Of a stretch of 64,000 bases of DNA, positions 20,042 through 29,745 are shown piece after piece. The position numbers and the translations under genes are program-made. Numbering within the stretch: position 1 is the first letter of the stretch; every line of letters starts with the position of its first letter. The stretch comes from Obrimoposthia wandeli (lineage: Eukaryota). Location: contig CDROCS010000410.1 of NCBI GenBank assembly GCA_977020255.1, positions 372,001 to 436,000 of the forward strand. The letters are read 5' to 3'. The notes under the pieces were generated by a model. That model was given only the letters and a program-made list of their open reading frames with translations. It was not told the origin of the DNA and searched no databases.

Positions 20042-20136
20042 CCCCTAAATCATGAACAAACTCCATTAGCTGTTCCATATTTAGCGCATACTTTTACCTA
20101 TATACTCTTCACACCAAGTAAAATATTGAGAACATA

Positions 20137-21171
20137 ATGGTTAATACAGATAAAAAAGTGAGATGGGGAATCGCAGGACTAGGCAACATTGCTAGACGGT
20201 TTGCTGCAGCGTTGAACAACAACAGTAAATATGGCGAGTTATATGCTGTAGCCGCCAGAGATTTAGATCGTGCCGAGCAATTTAGTGAAGAGTTTCAAAG
20301 TAATGTGAGCTATGCCTGTTATGCAGATATGGCGACAGACCCCAATGTTGATGCCGTCTATATTGCGACGATACACCCGTATCACTACCCTCTTGTTGAA
20401 CTTTTTTTAACCCATAAAAAGCATGTCTTTGTTGAGAAACCAGCGTTCACCAATTTACAAGACTGGTTATCAATGAAGGCGTTAGCCGTAAAAAATGGAG
20501 TCATGCTACTGGAGGCGATGAAAACAGTTACATTCCCAGCTTACCAAGAACTGAAGCACTACCTGGTCAAAAATAACATTCAACTTACTTCAATTGAAGC
20601 GAGTTTTGGCAATGAACATCAATACGATCCAGAATCATCGCTATTCAATCCAAATTTATCGGGTGGAGCAACGCTCGATGTGGGTGTTTACGGGCTTTGG
20701 TTATATTGTGACTTATGTAACTCGTTAGGGGCTGATGTACCTGTGCCTGCTGTTGATATGTCAACCTTGGTTACTGAATCAGCCGTGGATACGGATACTT
20801 GCTTTACTTTCACAGGCCAGATTAATGGCAAAATATCAGCTTCAATTGTGAAAAATCTACCACGAGTTGCGACATTACGTGGTGAACAATTAGTCATCAC
20901 GATCCGAGAGAAATGGTGGAATCCCTATATCATTGATATTGACTATCAAGGAGAACGATTCACCATCGAACATCCAGTAAAAGGGAATGGTTTTGAATTT
21001 GAAATCGATCACTTCTCACAGCTTTTGCTTGAAAATAAAGTTGAATCTGACATCCTATTGTCAGACATAACAACTCAAGTCCAATCGATTATGGAACTCG
21101 GGTTAATTAACGCTGGGTATGGTTACCTAACTCAACGAGAAGGCCTTAATACTCTAAATAACAAACTCTAA
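20137..21171 (+). CDS. Gfo/Idh/MocA oxidoreductase
   Basis: WGIAGLGNIA, VYIATIHPYH, VEKP, GGATLDVGVY. Confidence 0.9.
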   Translation: MVNTDKKVRWGIAGLGNIARRFAAALNNNSKYGELYAVAARDLDRAEQFSEEFQSNVSYACYADMATDPNVDAVYIATIHPYHYPLVELFLTHKKHVFVEKPAFTNLQDWLSMKALAVKNGVMLLEAMKTVTFPAYQELKHYLVKNNIQLTSIEASFGNEHQYDPESSLFNPNLSGGATLDVGVYGLWLYCDLCNSLGADVPVPAVDMSTLVTESAVDTDTCFTFTGQINGKISASIVKNLPRVATLRGEQLVITIREKWWNPYIIDIDYQGERFTIEHPVKGNGFEFEIDHFSQLLLENKVESDILLSDITTQVQSIMELGLINAGYGYLTQREGLNTLNNKL

Positions 21172-21210
21172 ATGGCAAACTCTGAATGGCAAACTCTGAA
21201 TGGCAAACTT
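21163..21210. repeat. 14-nt tandem repeat x3 spanning the upstream stop and downstream start
   Basis: aaactctaaatggc / aaactctgaatggc / aaactctgaatggc / aaactt. Confidence 0.85.
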
Positions 21211-22699
21211 AAAACGTAAACTTGAAATCTACGAACATATTTTTCAAACTTTTGGGCCCGGAGCATCGGCTTGCCAAATAAGTCAGATAGCAGATCTATT
21301 GCATGTCACTGAGCGACATGTCCAAACCATACTGAAAAAATTGGTTACTGCTGGCTGGATAAAATGGGAAGCAAGCTCTGGAAGAAGTAAAAAAGCGCTG
21401 CTCACCTGCCAAGTAGAGCCCATTGATGCTTGTTATGAATCGGCGAGACTGCTAGCCGATGACGGCAATTTAGATCAGTTACTTAATATCCTTAGCTTTG
21501 GTGGTCGAGACGCAGAAAGAGAGTTCCAATCGTATTTAAACAACGCTAATAATGCAGATCGTCGTATTGCTTATATGCCTTTTCATCGAGAGCTAGAAGC
21601 GCTAAGACCTCACAAAGTGAAAAGACGTACAGAGCGGTTTTTAATCACGCAAATTTGCCAATGCCTGACTTCTATAGAGCAAGAGAGTGTTGTGGGTGAT
21701 TTAGCCTATCATTGGTTTTCTAACGATGATGCGAGCACGTGGACTTTCCAAATTCGCAGAGAGGTACGCTTCCATGATGGCAGTATGCTCACAGCACAAG
21801 ATATTGCGAATTGCCTAAACAGATTGATCCAAAATGAATACTGGCATTCGACTTATAACCATATTATAGAAGTGAACGCTTGTTCCGATGACCAGTTGGA
21901 GATTAAATTAAATCAGCCTGATTGGCATCTACCCAGATTACTTGCTCGGGTTGAATCCTCAATATTTAAAATGACCTCGACGACCACTCGACTTATTGGT
22001 TCGGGTCCTTTCTCATTGGCAGTATTCTCTTCCAAAATGCTTAGATTAAGTCGGAATGCTTACTATTCACATCAGACTGCTATTATTGATTGGGTTGAGC
22101 TTTGGGTTTATCCCGAGTGGGCACAAAGCAAAGCCTGTGCACAAAATCAGCTTTGCCTTCAAGTACCAGATAATACTGTTACAAGCCAAAGTGACAAATG
22201 CGCTTCCTTCTTAATGGTCCAAAATCCAAATAAATCGATAACGCAGCGCCATATTACTTTTGAAGATACAGCTGAATGCAAGAATCTATTTAGCCAAATG
22301 TCTACCGAGAGTGATCAAGGTATCTCAGTGGATTATGGCGACTACAGCAAATCTGAACACGTAACAATTTGCAGTATTATTGAAGAGAATGATTCATTTA
22401 ATGCTTGGTTAAGTTTTCTCTTACAGTACCCATTTGAAAATCATCAATTGGATGTTGAAATACTGAAATTTTTAGATTCATCTCTTACGTCAATTCGACA
22501 CGAAAGAGACTTCAATAAAGCAGTAAGTTCATTAGCAGCGCTGTTTACTTGGCTGATTAATAAAAACGTAATACAAAAATTAAAACGTGAATCTTTTGTA
22601 CTCGAGTTATCTGAAAAAATTAATTGCTCTGAAGTAAATGGATATGGATGGTGTGAATTAAATAAAATATGGATCGCATTAGATACCAATCAACAGTAG
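21200..22699 (+). CDS. SgrR-family regulator (HTH + SBP family 5 domain)
   Basis: IADLLHVTERHVQTIL...GWIKW..SSGRS; FHDGS.LT.DI, IGSGPF. Confidence 0.82.
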   Translation: MANLKRKLEIYEHIFQTFGPGASACQISQIADLLHVTERHVQTILKKLVTAGWIKWEASSGRSKKALLTCQVEPIDACYESARLLADDGNLDQLLNILSFGGRDAEREFQSYLNNANNADRRIAYMPFHRELEALRPHKVKRRTERFLITQICQCLTSIEQESVVGDLAYHWFSNDDASTWTFQIRREVRFHDGSMLTAQDIANCLNRLIQNEYWHSTYNHIIEVNACSDDQLEIKLNQPDWHLPRLLARVESSIFKMTSTTTRLIGSGPFSLAVFSSKMLRLSRNAYYSHQTAIIDWVELWVYPEWAQSKACAQNQLCLQVPDNTVTSQSDKCASFLMVQNPNKSITQRHITFEDTAECKNLFSQMSTESDQGISVDYGDYSKSEHVTICSIIEENDSFNAWLSFLLQYPFENHQLDVEILKFLDSSLTSIRHERDFNKAVSSLAALFTWLINKNVIQKLKRESFVLELSEKINCSEVNGYGWCELNKIWIALDTNQQ

Positions 22700-22723
22700 T
22701 GATATCGGGTATTCAGCCACCCA

Positions 22724-23665
22724 TTAATTCAACACAATCTTATGGCGATGTTGATACGTCTTTGGGCTTAGTCCATAAAAGCGTTTGAAGATACGACTAA
22801 AATGACTGCTACTGATAAACCCCAGTTCAAAACTCACTTGGGTGATTTGCATCCCCGTTTTAATCAATTCCGCTGCTTTCTTTAAGCGTTGCTGTTGCTG
22901 GAAAGCCAAGGGCGTACAACCAAAGTTAGCTTTAAACTGATTGAAGAACTTGGTTCTGCACATACACGCAATACGGCACAGCTGGTCTATTTCAATACTC
23001 TCGTTTAAATGCTGCTGAATAAACTCAACCGCCATGGTTAACCCACTGTGATCGGGCTGCTGCTGGCAAAACGACATCATAAAGTCCCGACTTTGCTGGC
23101 GTAACAAACGTACCGTCAATTCTGATACCGCTAAATTAATCATGTAACTACGATCAGGATCGTCATCCACGTATAACTCAGTCATGCGCTGCAATAGTGC
23201 CTGCGTCTGGGCATTATGATGGGTATGTAGTAACTGTTGCTGATATTGCACAGGGCCAAATTCACTGTGCTTTTCAGCTTGGGCATTAAGGTTATCAGCT
23301 ATCTTTGCGATACGGTCAGTGGATATTTCAATGGCAAGACAACGAGTTGGCGCAGCTAAACTGGCAATTGGGAAATCAATTTCAATGCTTTGACTTGGCG
23401 CTAATACAAAGGATTCATGGGGCACAAAGTCACTGTCATAACTGGCATCCTGACTGTGCAGGACCTTTTTACCACTGATCATAGCGCAGAATAGTGGATT
23501 TTCAGACCTCAACTCCACTCGCTTAGCTTGTTGAAAAGTATCATAAATACTTAACTGAGACTCGGGGCCGTCATAACTGGTTTTGTTTTCAACCATCACT
23601 TCTGGCTGAAATTCGAGATCGAGGTTGGATCCTCTATTAGCTTCTCGACTAGATCGTATCTGCAT
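22724..23665 (-). CDS. AraC-family regulator, divergent from aldB
   Basis: C-terminal double HTH (ACMCRTKFFNQFK...ELGFISSSHFSRIFK). Likely start ATG 23665 with AAGGA RBS (track start 23758). Confidence 0.85.
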   Translation of the reverse strand: MQIRSSREANRGSNLDLEFQPEVMVENKTSYDGPESQLSIYDTFQQAKRVELRSENPLFCAMISGKKVLHSQDASYDSDFVPHESFVLAPSQSIEIDFPIASLAAPTRCLAIEISTDRIAKIADNLNAQAEKHSEFGPVQYQQQLLHTHHNAQTQALLQRMTELYVDDDPDRSYMINLAVSELTVRLLRQQSRDFMMSFCQQQPDHSGLTMAVEFIQQHLNESIEIDQLCRIACMCRTKFFNQFKANFGCTPLAFQQQQRLKKAAELIKTGMQITQVSFELGFISSSHFSRIFKRFYGLSPKTYQHRHKIVLN

Positions 23666-23783
23666 CACACACTTCCTTGTTATGGACTGACAGTCAATTT
23701 TTGCGAACTCCCAGCGCAGCTTATGACACATCGTCATGATAACTTCACTCTCTCGCAAAAAACAATAACTAAAGGAAAGAGTT

Positions 23784-25304
23784 ATGATCTATGCAGCACC
23801 TGGAACCAAAGATGCACTTATTAATTTTAAGCCGCGCTACCAAAACTTCATTGGCGGTCAATGGGTAGAGCCTCAAAACGGCTGTTACTTTGACAACATC
23901 AGCCCAATCAATGGCGAAGTCATCTGTCAAATTCCACGTTCAAACTACCTAGATATCGAACTTGCATTGGACGCAGCACATAAAGCCAAAGATGCTTGGG
24001 GTTCAGCCTCAGTAACTGTTCGCTCTAATACCCTGCTCAAAATAGCCGATCGTTTAGAACAAAATCTGACTAAACTAGCCATCGCAGAAACGTGGGATAA
24101 CGGTAAAGCCATTCGTGAAACACTCGCCGCTGACATTCCTTTAGCGGTTGACCATTTCCGTTACTTCGCAGGTTGCTTACGTGCTCAAGAAGGCAGTATT
24201 GGCGATCTCGATGAGAATACTGTCTCATATCATTTTCATGAACCACTCGGTGTTGTTGGTCAAATCATTCCGTGGAACTTCCCTATTTTAATGGCTGCAT
24301 GGAAACTAGCACCGGCATTGGCTGCTGGTAACTGCGTGATCTTAAAACCTGCTGAACAAACACCCGCCTCTATCTTGGTATTGATGGAATTAATTGAAGA
24401 CTTACTACCAGCTGGTGTACTGAATATCGTCAACGGTTACGGCGCTGAAGCAGGCCAAGCGTTAGCAAGTAGCACACGTATTGCTAAGATCGCGTTTACG
24501 GGTTCAACACCTGTTGGTTCGCATATTCTAAAATGCGCGGCTGAAAACATCATTCCATCAACCGTCGAACTCGGTGGTAAATCACCAAACATCTTCTTCC
24601 CCGATATTATGAACCATGAAGATGCTTATCTGAGTAAATGTATCGAGGGCGTGGTATTAGCGTATTTCAATCAGGGCGAAGTATGTACTTGTCCATCACG
24701 CTTGTTAGTACATGAAGATATCTATGAGCAGTTTATGGCTAAGATCATCGAGCGTACTCAGCAGATCAAACGTGGTAATCCACTCGATACCGACACTATG
24801 GTTGGCGCGCAAGCATCAAAAGAACAATTTGAGAAGATCTTAAAATACATCGAGATTGGTAAAGAAGAAGGCGCTGAACTGCTTATCGGTGGCGAGATTG
24901 AAGAAGTGCATACCGATCATGAAAACGGTTTCTATATTCAGCCTACCTTGTTTAAAGGCACCAATAAAATGCGTATCTTCCAAGAAGAAATTTTTGGCCC
25001 AGTGATCGCAGTAACGACCTTCAAAACTGAAGCTGAAGCATTAGAGATAGCCAATGATTCTGAATTTGGTTTAGGTGCAGGTGTTTGGAGTCGTGACATG
25101 AATGTGGCGTATCGTATGGGACGTAAAATCCAAGCTGGTCGTGTATGGACCAACTGTTACCACATGTACCCTGCCCACGCAGCGTTTGGTGGTTATAAGA
25201 AATCTGGTGTAGGTCGTGAAACCCATAAAGTGGCGCTAGAGCATTATCAACAGACGAAAAACTTACTTGTTAGCTATGACGTTAACCCGCTTGGTTTCTT
25301 TTAA
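23784..25304 (+). CDS. aldB: Aldehyde dehydrogenase (AldB/ExaC type)
   Basis: [43 protein letters not shown]. Confidence 0.92.
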   Translation: MIYAAPGTKDALINFKPRYQNFIGGQWVEPQNGCYFDNISPINGEVICQIPRSNYLDIELALDAAHKAKDAWGSASVTVRSNTLLKIADRLEQNLTKLAIAETWDNGKAIRETLAADIPLAVDHFRYFAGCLRAQEGSIGDLDENTVSYHFHEPLGVVGQIIPWNFPILMAAWKLAPALAAGNCVILKPAEQTPASILVLMELIEDLLPAGVLNIVNGYGAEAGQALASSTRIAKIAFTGSTPVGSHILKCAAENIIPSTVELGGKSPNIFFPDIMNHEDAYLSKCIEGVVLAYFNQGEVCTCPSRLLVHEDIYEQFMAKIIERTQQIKRGNPLDTDTMVGAQASKEQFEKILKYIEIGKEEGAELLIGGEIEEVHTDHENGFYIQPTLFKGTNKMRIFQEEIFGPVIAVTTFKTEAEALEIANDSEFGLGAGVWSRDMNVAYRMGRKIQAGRVWTNCYHMYPAHAAFGGYKKSGVGRETHKVALEHYQQTKNLLVSYDVNPLGFF

Positions 25305-25381
25305 TTAGCTTTCTCTTTTAAGTAGCACTCTCTTTTAAGTAATATTCTCTTTTAAGTAACACTATCTTTTAAGTAACATTC
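25297..25381. repeat. 17-nt tandem repeat x5 starting at the aldB stop
   Basis: tcttttaa core at 25297, 25314, 25331, 25348 and 25365. Confidence 0.9.
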
Positions 25382-25400
25382 TATTCTAGTTTATTCAATT

Positions 25401-25437
25401 AGCAGCTTAACGGGTATTTTATTATTGTTAAGCTGCT
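25401..25437. terminator. Hairpin between convergent genes
   Basis: agcagcttaac...gttaagctgct, 11-bp inverted repeat. Confidence 0.65.
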
Positions 25438-25454
25438 GAGTTATGACCGCCACG

Positions 25455-26033
25455 TTAATCGTAGGCTTGCTGGCATATCTCATCACATGTTCTAACGAAA
25501 CGAACCGTTAACGTTTCGCTATTCGATAGGGTGTAAGATAGGCCATTTTGAAATTCAATTTGCCACGCCATCTCTGTATTATTATTACTTGGAGTACTAG
25601 ACCAAGACTTAGATACATCAGGAAATAGCGGATTATTTATGAAAACGGATTCATTTAAGCTAGGCTCTTCACAAGCCGTTTCAATAATACTATAAAGTTC
25701 TTTTATATTAGGTAATCGCCAGTCTGAATGATTACTACTTCCCATATTAAATACCTCGACTTCCGCTAATGCTTCCCACCAAGTAAAGTATCTAACACTC
25801 CCGCTATCACAACGAGAACCGACTAGTCCACTAACACATCTGTTCCACTCTAATCGAGTGGCTTTATCAAACACAGAACCGTCACTATTTTGAATGTAGC
25901 GTTCGGTCGGTGTCGAAGTCGCGGCATTATCATTACAGCGTTGCTCCAACCCTTTAACTGATATCGATGTCGTTAACAACAAGATTGAACTAACAAGATA
26001 AATTGTACGAGAAATTAAGTGGGTATTCATCAT
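25455..26033 (-). CDS. Secreted Lcl/DUF1566 domain protein
   Basis: Signal peptide; VFDKATRLEWNRC, DWRLPNIKELYSI, WSSTP, VRFVR. Confidence 0.88.
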   Translation of the reverse strand: MMNTHLISRTIYLVSSILLLTTSISVKGLEQRCNDNAATSTPTERYIQNSDGSVFDKATRLEWNRCVSGLVGSRCDSGSVRYFTWWEALAEVEVFNMGSSNHSDWRLPNIKELYSIIETACEEPSLNESVFINNPLFPDVSKSWSSTPSNNNTEMAWQIEFQNGLSYTLSNSETLTVRFVRTCDEICQQAYD

Positions 26034-26060
26034 TATATCCTTTTTACGATTACAACTATT

Positions 26061-26789
26061 TTAGTCCACGTTACTATTACGCACTAATCGAACAGCCCTC
26101 GGTATGCTAGTGAAGTTACCTTGAATAGTACCGAACAAGAAACTAACCATCCAAGCTGAACCTAAGTCGTCAATATCAATATCTGCAGTCCAATAATTAT
26201 TTTGGGTATAAGGGAAATATTCAGTTTCAATTGCAGGCTGATCGTACGCATAATTAACAATACTTTGTAGCTCTAACCGTGTTGGTAAGCGCCAATCATT
26301 GTAACCACACCAATTTAATTGATTCATAGCAAAAGTAAATTTCTCAGTGTCGCAGTTAGTGCTATCAACACAAATACCGCCATTATCAGCAACACCATGT
26401 TCCTTAAAGCTAACATCGAACGATTTAAACCAAGAATAACTATAATCTGCATCGTTAACACTAGCCTTACCAATTGCGGATTTAACTTCCCACATCAATT
26501 CAGTATGATTGTCTAACACGCAAGGCCACTCCGTGGCATCAGTGGTAACCGCAAAGCCTTGCGCTCCAATCTTTGTAAAATCTAATGATTGCTCTTGACG
26601 AATAGAATTATCATTTAGACTTAGTCCTGCAGGGTTTAAATTAAACCGTATAACATAATCGGACAAAGGGTCGCCTGTACCAGTACCTGTACCGGCACCT
26701 GGATAACTATTTCGCTCAACGCTACCACTGCTATCATCAAGGCAGCCAACGAGTAAAAAAAGATTTAAAAATACAATAAAATATTGCAT
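26061..26789 (-). CDS. Lcl/DUF1566 domain lipoprotein
   Basis: Lipobox LVG-C; CVLDNHTELMWEVK, CGYNDWRLPTRLELQSI, YWTA, VRLVR. Confidence 0.9.
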   Translation of the reverse strand: MQYFIVFLNLFLLVGCLDDSSGSVERNSYPGAGTGTGTGDPLSDYVIRFNLNPAGLSLNDNSIRQEQSLDFTKIGAQGFAVTTDATEWPCVLDNHTELMWEVKSAIGKASVNDADYSYSWFKSFDVSFKEHGVADNGGICVDSTNCDTEKFTFAMNQLNWCGYNDWRLPTRLELQSIVNYAYDQPAIETEYFPYTQNNYWTADIDIDDLGSAWMVSFLFGTIQGNFTSIPRAVRLVRNSNVD

Positions 26790-27171
26790 AAAAGCATTTC
26801 CAAAGAGTAACTTAGCTAGAAGTCTAGATTACAGACATCGATTATTCAAAAAAAATGCCAATTAATCCTTCCTCGACTTAATCTACTAGTCATTATCACT
26901 TAACCTCTTCATATCGATATATCAAGTCCAACCCAGAACAGAGTAAGGCTTTTATTAAAACTCTTCCTTTCCTTAAAGTTACATTGATCCTTTTTCGATA
27001 TTCGTTCGTATAGATTCATTAATAATCATGAGTCGGTAGGGAAAACTAACGTACTTAGATATCACGGTATGGCTGAGGTCGATGGTTATACCTGTTGGTG
27101 ACTTACAAATTTGATTCAATGAAATTTGCATGTGCAGCCTGATAAACCCATTGCTAAAAGATGAGGCGTTA

Positions 27172-27645
27172 ATGAATATTTTCATTTTAGATACTGACAT
27201 TCAGAAGTGTGCACAGTACCACTGTGATCAACATGTGGTGAAAATGATCTTAGAAAGTGTACAACTACTCTGCACTGCATTAAATAAAAAAGGCTTCGTA
27301 ACTCCTTACAAGTCGACCCATTCAAATCACCCTTCTGTATTATGGGTTGAAGAGTCTTATGACAATTTTTTGTGGCTTAAACAATTAACCTTGGCACTCA
27401 ATAAAGAATATAAATATCGATACAATAAAGAAGTAGATCACAAATCAATAGCAGCGCTAAATGAAATTAGTCACTATTCATTTCCGGCCATTGGTCTAAC
27501 CGCGTTTCCTCAAGCGATGCCAGACAAGTATAAAGTTGATAGCGATGCCGTCAGTGCCTACAGAAATTTCTATATCGGGGATAAATCTAGATTTGCAAAG
27601 TGGACTAAACGTGTGGCGCCAAATTGGTTTATCGAAGGGTTATAA
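27172..27645 (+). CDS. Pyrimidine-dimer DNA glycosylase / T4 endonuclease V-like family protein
   Basis: MNIFILD...CAQYHCDQHVVKMILE, YKSTHSNHP, FPQAMPD.Y, AYR.FY..DK..FAKWT. ATG 27172 with GAGG RBS. Confidence 0.75.
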   Translation: MNIFILDTDIQKCAQYHCDQHVVKMILESVQLLCTALNKKGFVTPYKSTHSNHPSVLWVEESYDNFLWLKQLTLALNKEYKYRYNKEVDHKSIAALNEISHYSFPAIGLTAFPQAMPDKYKVDSDAVSAYRNFYIGDKSRFAKWTKRVAPNWFIEGL

Positions 27646-27756
27646 GCGGTTCCCCGCGCTATATCCAGATCCAAGACTTCATCCTTTAAAAATCAAATCC
27701 GTATTAGCTCCGTACAAGTTGCACTTTGCTCGTTTAAAACTTATACTCAAATCAGT

Positions 27757-27773
27757 TACGGAATCACTCCGTA
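27757..27773. promoter_or_regulatory. Probable TA operator palindrome
   Basis: tacgga-atcac-tccgta just upstream of the antitoxin start; tccgta half-sites also occur near 27698-27715. Confidence 0.5.
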
Positions 27774-27787
27774 CAACTGGAGGTTTT

Positions 27788-28057
27788 ATGGCTACTGCAA
27801 GACTTGATATACGTTTGGATGAAGAAATCAAAGCTAAGGCTGAAAAAGCATCAGCTTTACTGGGTTTAAAAAGTTTAACTGAATATGTTATTCGTCTAAT
27901 GGACGAAGACTCTACTCAGGTGATTGCTGAGCATGAAACCATCACTATTGAAGCTAATGTATTTGACCAATTCATGATTGCTTGTGACGAGGCTAAAGCG
28001 CCGAATAAGGCATTACTGGAAGCTGCTGCATTTACTAAAAGTGGTGAATTCAAGTGA
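27788..28057 (+). CDS. DUF1778 RHH antitoxin (TacA/AtaR-like)
   Basis: MATARLDIRL...KAEKASALLG...LTEYVI. GGAGG RBS places the start at 27788 (the track N-extension from 27536 is spurious). Overlaps the toxin start (GTGA). Confidence 0.88.
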   Translation: MATARLDIRLDEEIKAKAEKASALLGLKSLTEYVIRLMDEDSTQVIAEHETITIEANVFDQFMIACDEAKAPNKALLEAAAFTKSGEFK

Positions 28058-28584
28058 GTTATTCCAAGACGTTTAAAGAATTGGATAAATCACAACACGA
28101 TAGAGTGTCATTTGATTGTGGTGAAAAAGAGTTAAATGATTTTATCCAGACTCAAGCAGCCAAACATATGCAAGCAGGCATTAGCCGCACGATGGTTTTA
28201 CCTGCCTCTGTACCGTTACCCAATAAAAAATATCCCATTTGTGCATTTTATAGTATCGCGCCAAGTTCAATTAGCCGCGATACATTGCCACAATCTATGG
28301 CTAAAAAGTTACCACGTTATCCGATTCCAGTTTTTCTTTTAGCTCAACTTGCCGTTCATAAAGAGTTTCATGGCAGTGGATTAGGTAAAGTTAGCTTAAT
28401 AAAAGCACTGGAGTATCTTTGGGAAATTAACGCCCACATGAGAGCTTATGCCATTGTTGTTGACTGTTTAACTGAGCAAGCAGAATCATTCTACGCAAAA
28501 TATGGTTTTGAGGTGCTTTGTGAAATCAACGGTCGTGTAAGAATGTTCATTCCAATGAAAACCGTCAGTCAGCTATTCACTTAA
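28054..28584 (+). CDS. GNAT toxin (TacT/AtaT-like tRNA acetyltransferase family)
   Basis: HDRVSFDCGEKELNDF, PRYPIP..LLAQLAVH...GSGLG, VVD, FY.KYGF. Confidence 0.88.
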   Translation: MSYSKTFKELDKSQHDRVSFDCGEKELNDFIQTQAAKHMQAGISRTMVLPASVPLPNKKYPICAFYSIAPSSISRDTLPQSMAKKLPRYPIPVFLLAQLAVHKEFHGSGLGKVSLIKALEYLWEINAHMRAYAIVVDCLTEQAESFYAKYGFEVLCEINGRVRMFIPMKTVSQLFT

Positions 28585-28688
28585 GCATATTTTTATCACT
28601 TACGTAATACTGTTCATAAACCACTGCTACCCTACCGAATACCCCCAACACATAATAACTTGCATTTTCTCACCAACTAATAGATCAT

Positions 28689-28700
28689 TTGTATAGTCAA
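28689..28700. promoter_or_regulatory. HutC operator upstream of hutC
   Basis: ttgtatagtcaa, one mismatch to the TTGTATAGACAA-type palindrome. Confidence 0.55.
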
Positions 28701-28764
28701 TTAAGCTTAATTGGCTACTTCATTGCACAGCTATTAAAATTAGACGTTACCAAGGTTAGACACT

Positions 28765-29469
28765 ATGAACAGTTCGCCGCGCTATATTCAGATCCAAGAC
28801 TTCATCCTTGAAAAAATCAATACCCATGTTTGGCTGCCTGGTAACAAGATCCCAACAGAGCTAGAGCTAACCAAACAGTTTAGCGTCAGTCGGATGACAG
28901 TGAATAAAGCCATACGCGATCTAGTCAATCAAGGTCTGTTAGAAAGAACGCCGCGCCTAGGTACCTTTGTATGCCAGAAAAAGGTCGAGTCATCCCTGAG
29001 TGATATTCGTAATATTGCCGATGAGATCCGCCAGCGCGGTAAAACCTACAGTAATAAAATACTGCGTCAGGTGACAATACCTGCAGATGATGAAATAGCG
29101 ATGCGCTTGGGTGTTAAAATAGACACGGCTATTTTCTTTAGTGAAATCATACATTACGAAGACGATACTGCATTGCAGTTAGAAGTGCGCTGGGTCAACC
29201 CACAGTTCGCGCCAGACTACATAACGCAAGACTTCAGCCTAGCGACACCCAATGAATACCTAACCAAAAACTGCCCGCTAAGCTCGATTGAACATACTGT
29301 TGAAGCGGTTATGCCTATCGCCTCTATCCAACAGCACTTAAACTTAACAGCACTACAGCCTTGTCTATTACTTAATCGTCGTACTTGGAGCAAGCAAGAT
29401 TTGATCAGTGTTGCCCTACTTTATCACCCAGCAGATAAATACAAGCTAAGCCTGAAAGCTGAAATATAG
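28765..29469 (+). CDS. hutC: Histidine utilization repressor (GntR/UTRA)
   Basis: PTELEL..QFSVSRMTVNKA...GTFV; UTRA domain with RRTWS; adjacent to the hut genes. Confidence 0.93.
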   Translation: MNSSPRYIQIQDFILEKINTHVWLPGNKIPTELELTKQFSVSRMTVNKAIRDLVNQGLLERTPRLGTFVCQKKVESSLSDIRNIADEIRQRGKTYSNKILRQVTIPADDEIAMRLGVKIDTAIFFSEIIHYEDDTALQLEVRWVNPQFAPDYITQDFSLATPNEYLTKNCPLSSIEHTVEAVMPIASIQQHLNLTALQPCLLLNRRTWSKQDLISVALLYHPADKYKLSLKAEI

Positions 29470-29666
29470 CACTGCCTATTCCTCGCCAAATCAAATGATT
29501 CAGCTAAGCTATTACCTTCTCTTACGTTAAACGATTACCGTCAAACCGTGTCGATTCAATATCGACACGCATCATAAAAAACACCTCAAACAATTAACAA
29601 AACCACAACCAGATCACAACAAATCGATTTATAACTTGCGCTACATCCTTAAATTGTCTATTTAAT

Positions 29667-29676
29667 TGTATATACA
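29667..29676. promoter_or_regulatory. HutC operator upstream of hutI
   Basis: Perfect palindrome tgtatataca about 70 nt before the hutI start. Confidence 0.7.
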
Positions 29677-29745
29677 TTTAAACCTGCATTTTTAATAACG
29701 GCTTATACTGTAATTTATACTTCAATCTAACAACGTGAGTGACTG

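Noticed and set aside
25297-25381. CRISPR array
   Set aside because: Head-to-tail 17-nt units with no unique 25-45-nt spacers and no cas genes; the same applies to the other short arrays.
676-26789. Diversity-generating retroelement acting on the DUF1566/Lcl genes
   Set aside because: No reverse transcriptase or Avd gene in the window, and I found no adenine-variant TR/VR repeat pair matching any Lcl 3' end. Cannot be excluded in trans.
26979-27200. 73-aa minus-strand ORF
   Set aside because: No recognisable motif, and it overlaps the start of the glycosylase gene on the opposite strand.
27536-27787. N-terminal extension of the antitoxin in the ORF track
   Set aside because: Overlaps the endoV-like gene and the TA promoter; the real start is ATG 27788 with a GGAGG RBS.
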